A DNA stretch of 64,000 nt from Chamaesiphon sp. Lineage in GTDB: Bacteria; Cyanobacteriota; Cyanobacteriia; Cyanobacteriales; Chamaesiphonaceae. The notes under the pieces were generated by a model that saw only the letters and a program-made list of their open reading frames with translations, made no database searches and was not told the origin of the DNA. The stretch's first letter is position 1. Each line of letters starts with the position of its first letter. A program made the translations under genes and the position numbers. Location: contig CBDFFH010000029.1 in NCBI GenBank assembly GCA_965246715.1, forward strand, positions 82,687-146,686. Reading direction: 5' to 3'. Positions 62,181 through 64,000 of this stretch are shown here, one piece after another.

Positions 62181-62546
62181 CTAAATGTCGATCGAGATCT
62201 CATCCCCTTGCTCGGTAACAGTAAAGGTTTTCAGTCCTTGAGCTTGTTTGCCGATGCTCAAGACTTGATGAGTCCATTCTGGCAACGGAACTCCAACAAA
62301 GGAATTTACCCATTTGAGATTTTCGCCTGTAGTCAGATCGTAAGTGGCTCCATGCCAGCGACAAGTAACCGCCTTGTTGCAGACTTTGCTACTAGCGAGG
62401 GGCATCCCTAAATGGGGGCATTTGTTTTCCAAGGCGTAAACTTTACCATCAACTCTGGTCAACATGACTTTTTGGTCTTCGACTTTGACAGCAAAAAGTT
62501 CGCCCTCTTTAACCTGACTGGCATTAGCGACAGAAACTGTTTTCAT
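62181..62546 (-). CDS. Rieske [2Fe-2S] ferredoxin
   Basis: CPH ... CRWH ligand motifs. Confidence 0.92.
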   Translation of the reverse strand: MKTVSVANASQVKEGELFAVKVEDQKVMLTRVDGKVYALENKCPHLGMPLASSKVCNKAVTCRWHGATYDLTTGENLKWVNSFVGVPLPEWTHQVLSIGKQAQGLKTFTVTEQGDEISIDI

Positions 62547-62739
62547 GAGAATAATTAAATGTTTGATTGTTAAATAGCTATCATCAGCCTACCAGGATGT
62601 TAGCCTCAATCGCCCAAATAAATTCCTAAGCCGCGTGCCGTCTTAACGAGAGTACTCTGCGGATCGACCGCACAATAGTGCGAAATCCCTCATCGATCGG
62701 GACGCTAATCACCTCGCGGCGCTGCCATGCTACCATTCG

Positions 62740-62826
62740 GGGGATTGGGGATTGGGGATTGGGGATTGGGTAGAAGCTTGTGTTCCAAACTATAATAATC
62801 CACTATTCACTATTCACTATTCACTA
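62740..62826. repeat. Heptamer tandem repeats (GGGGATT)4 and (CACTATT)3, STRR-like
   Basis: Directly visible in the sequence. Confidence 0.8.
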
Positions 62827-63294
62827 GCCACTAGCCAATATTCATCCATATCCCAGTGCCGTAGCCAAAAGCGATCGAACGCAACTTTATTAACTTGTTT
62901 TAACTTTTCAGAACGAATCGCAGCGCTCGATCGTATTTATTAACACGTTTTAACCAAACCCCCAAACGCGCTCGAAGATCGACCAGCGCAAGCATTGGAG
63001 ATCGATCGTCAGAAAATTTTCCGATCTCGCGCTACCATGAGATAATACCCAAAACCAATTCAGTGCCTTGAATTAAGCGAGATCTTGGCTGTTGTTTGTC
63101 TGGTTACACGATAATTTCAGTAAAGATTATCGCACCATAGCAGCGGTTAATTACAGGCAGCGACTTATCACTTAACAGCGAAAATATCGTCGAACACACA
63201 TTCAACACTGGAAAATCGGTATCATACGTACCTATTTTCGGCATCTATCGCAATTATTATCTATTAGTGTCAAGAGTCAAAGAGGAAAAAAGCT

Positions 63295-64000
63295 GTGAGT
63301 GGAAATGAATCCCGGATCCAAGCAATTTATCAGATTGTCAATCGCGAGCCAATGTCGGTCAAGGCTCCCAAGCGATTGGAAGATCTATGGGCAGCAGATG
63401 TTTTTACCCTGAGCAAGATGCAGGAAAGTCTGCCCAAAGACGTATATAAATCGATCAAAAAGACGATTCAAACTGGCGAACCGCTAGATATATCCGTCGC
63501 TGATGCTGTCGCCGTTGCCATGAAAGATTGGGCGATTTCTAAAGGCGCACTCTACTACGCTCACGTCTTCTATCCCCTTACCAATGCCACTGCCGAAAAG
63601 CACGATGGTTTTGTCTCGGTTCAAAGCGATGGCTCGGTAATTTCCGAATTTGCTGGGAAATTGCTGGTTCAAGGCGAACCCGATGGTTCTTCTTTCCCTA
63701 ATGGTGGGATTCGATCGACTTTTGAGGCACGCGGCTACACGGCTTGGGATGTAACTAGCCCTGCCTATATCATCGAGACTGACAACGGTGCCACCCTGTG
63801 TATCCCGACTGCTTTCGTCTCCTGGACTGGCGAAGCATTGGACAAAAAAACTCCACTCCTGCGTTCCAACGCGGCGATGAATAAAGCTGCTACCAGAGTC
63901 TTAAAACTCCTGGGTAATAAAGAAGTCGCTCCCGTCAACTCCAGTTGTGGTGCCGAGCAAGAATACTTCCTGGTCGATGCCAACTTTGCCGCTAGCCGTC
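63295..64000 (+). CDS. glnN: Glutamine synthetase type III, 5' part (runs off the window)
   Basis: GTG start after [16 protein letters not shown]...AEKHDGF...[26 protein letters not shown]...GAEQEYF; absent from the ORF track. Confidence 0.95.
   Translation, partial: MSGNESRIQAIYQIVNREPMSVKAPKRLEDLWAADVFTLSKMQESLPKDVYKSIKKTIQTGEPLDISVADAVAVAMKDWAISKGALYYAHVFYPLTNATAEKHDGFVSVQSDGSVISEFAGKLLVQGEPDGSSFPNGGIRSTFEARGYTAWDVTSPAYIIETDNGATLCIPTAFVSWTGEALDKKTPLLRSNAAMNKAATRVLKLLGNKEVAPVNSSCGAEQEYFLVDANFAASR

Noticed and set aside
63093..63108. NtcA site upstream of glnN (GTT-N8-TAC)
   Set aside because: Mismatch to GTA-N8-TAC and no properly spaced -10 box; plausible biologically but not supportable from the sequence
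62546..63294. Unannotated ncRNA in the long Rieske-glnN intergenic region
   Set aside because: Only heptamer repeats and weak hairpins seen; no recognisable motif

Overview
Chromosomal window from a cyanobacterium; the dense GCGATCGC/TCGATCGA (CGATCG-core) palindromes, ado, psb34, CRR6 and an LRR-DUF6745 gene are suggestive of a Chamaesiphon-like lineage (inference). It is mostly housekeeping and signalling genes: argJ, ado, dxs, dnaK3-dnaJ, a CheB/CheR-kinase, cobalamin riboswitch-cobW, rsmI, fabD, mpg, an FHA-cyclase, uppP, rsgA, argD, dndD, a prxII-gor/perR module and the start of glnN. Mobile or decayed DNA includes an apparently intact IS630, an IS1380 fragment fused to an MFS pseudogene, a DegT-family fragment, and a family of MITE/REPIN-like elements carrying nested 25-51 nt mini-insertions. 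The most unusual feature, invisible in the ORF track, is a duplicated (A-B)x2 array of four tRNA-like cloverleaves at 37421-37747, about 30 nt after an atypical SDR + LRR-DUF6745 gene pair. The two A copies share an identical T-arm and 3' end but carry different authentic anticodon loops (Arg-UCU, Glu-UUC). The two B copies are non-decoding tRNA mimics with a palindromic loop. All calls come from reading the sequence and from family knowledge; no searches were run.
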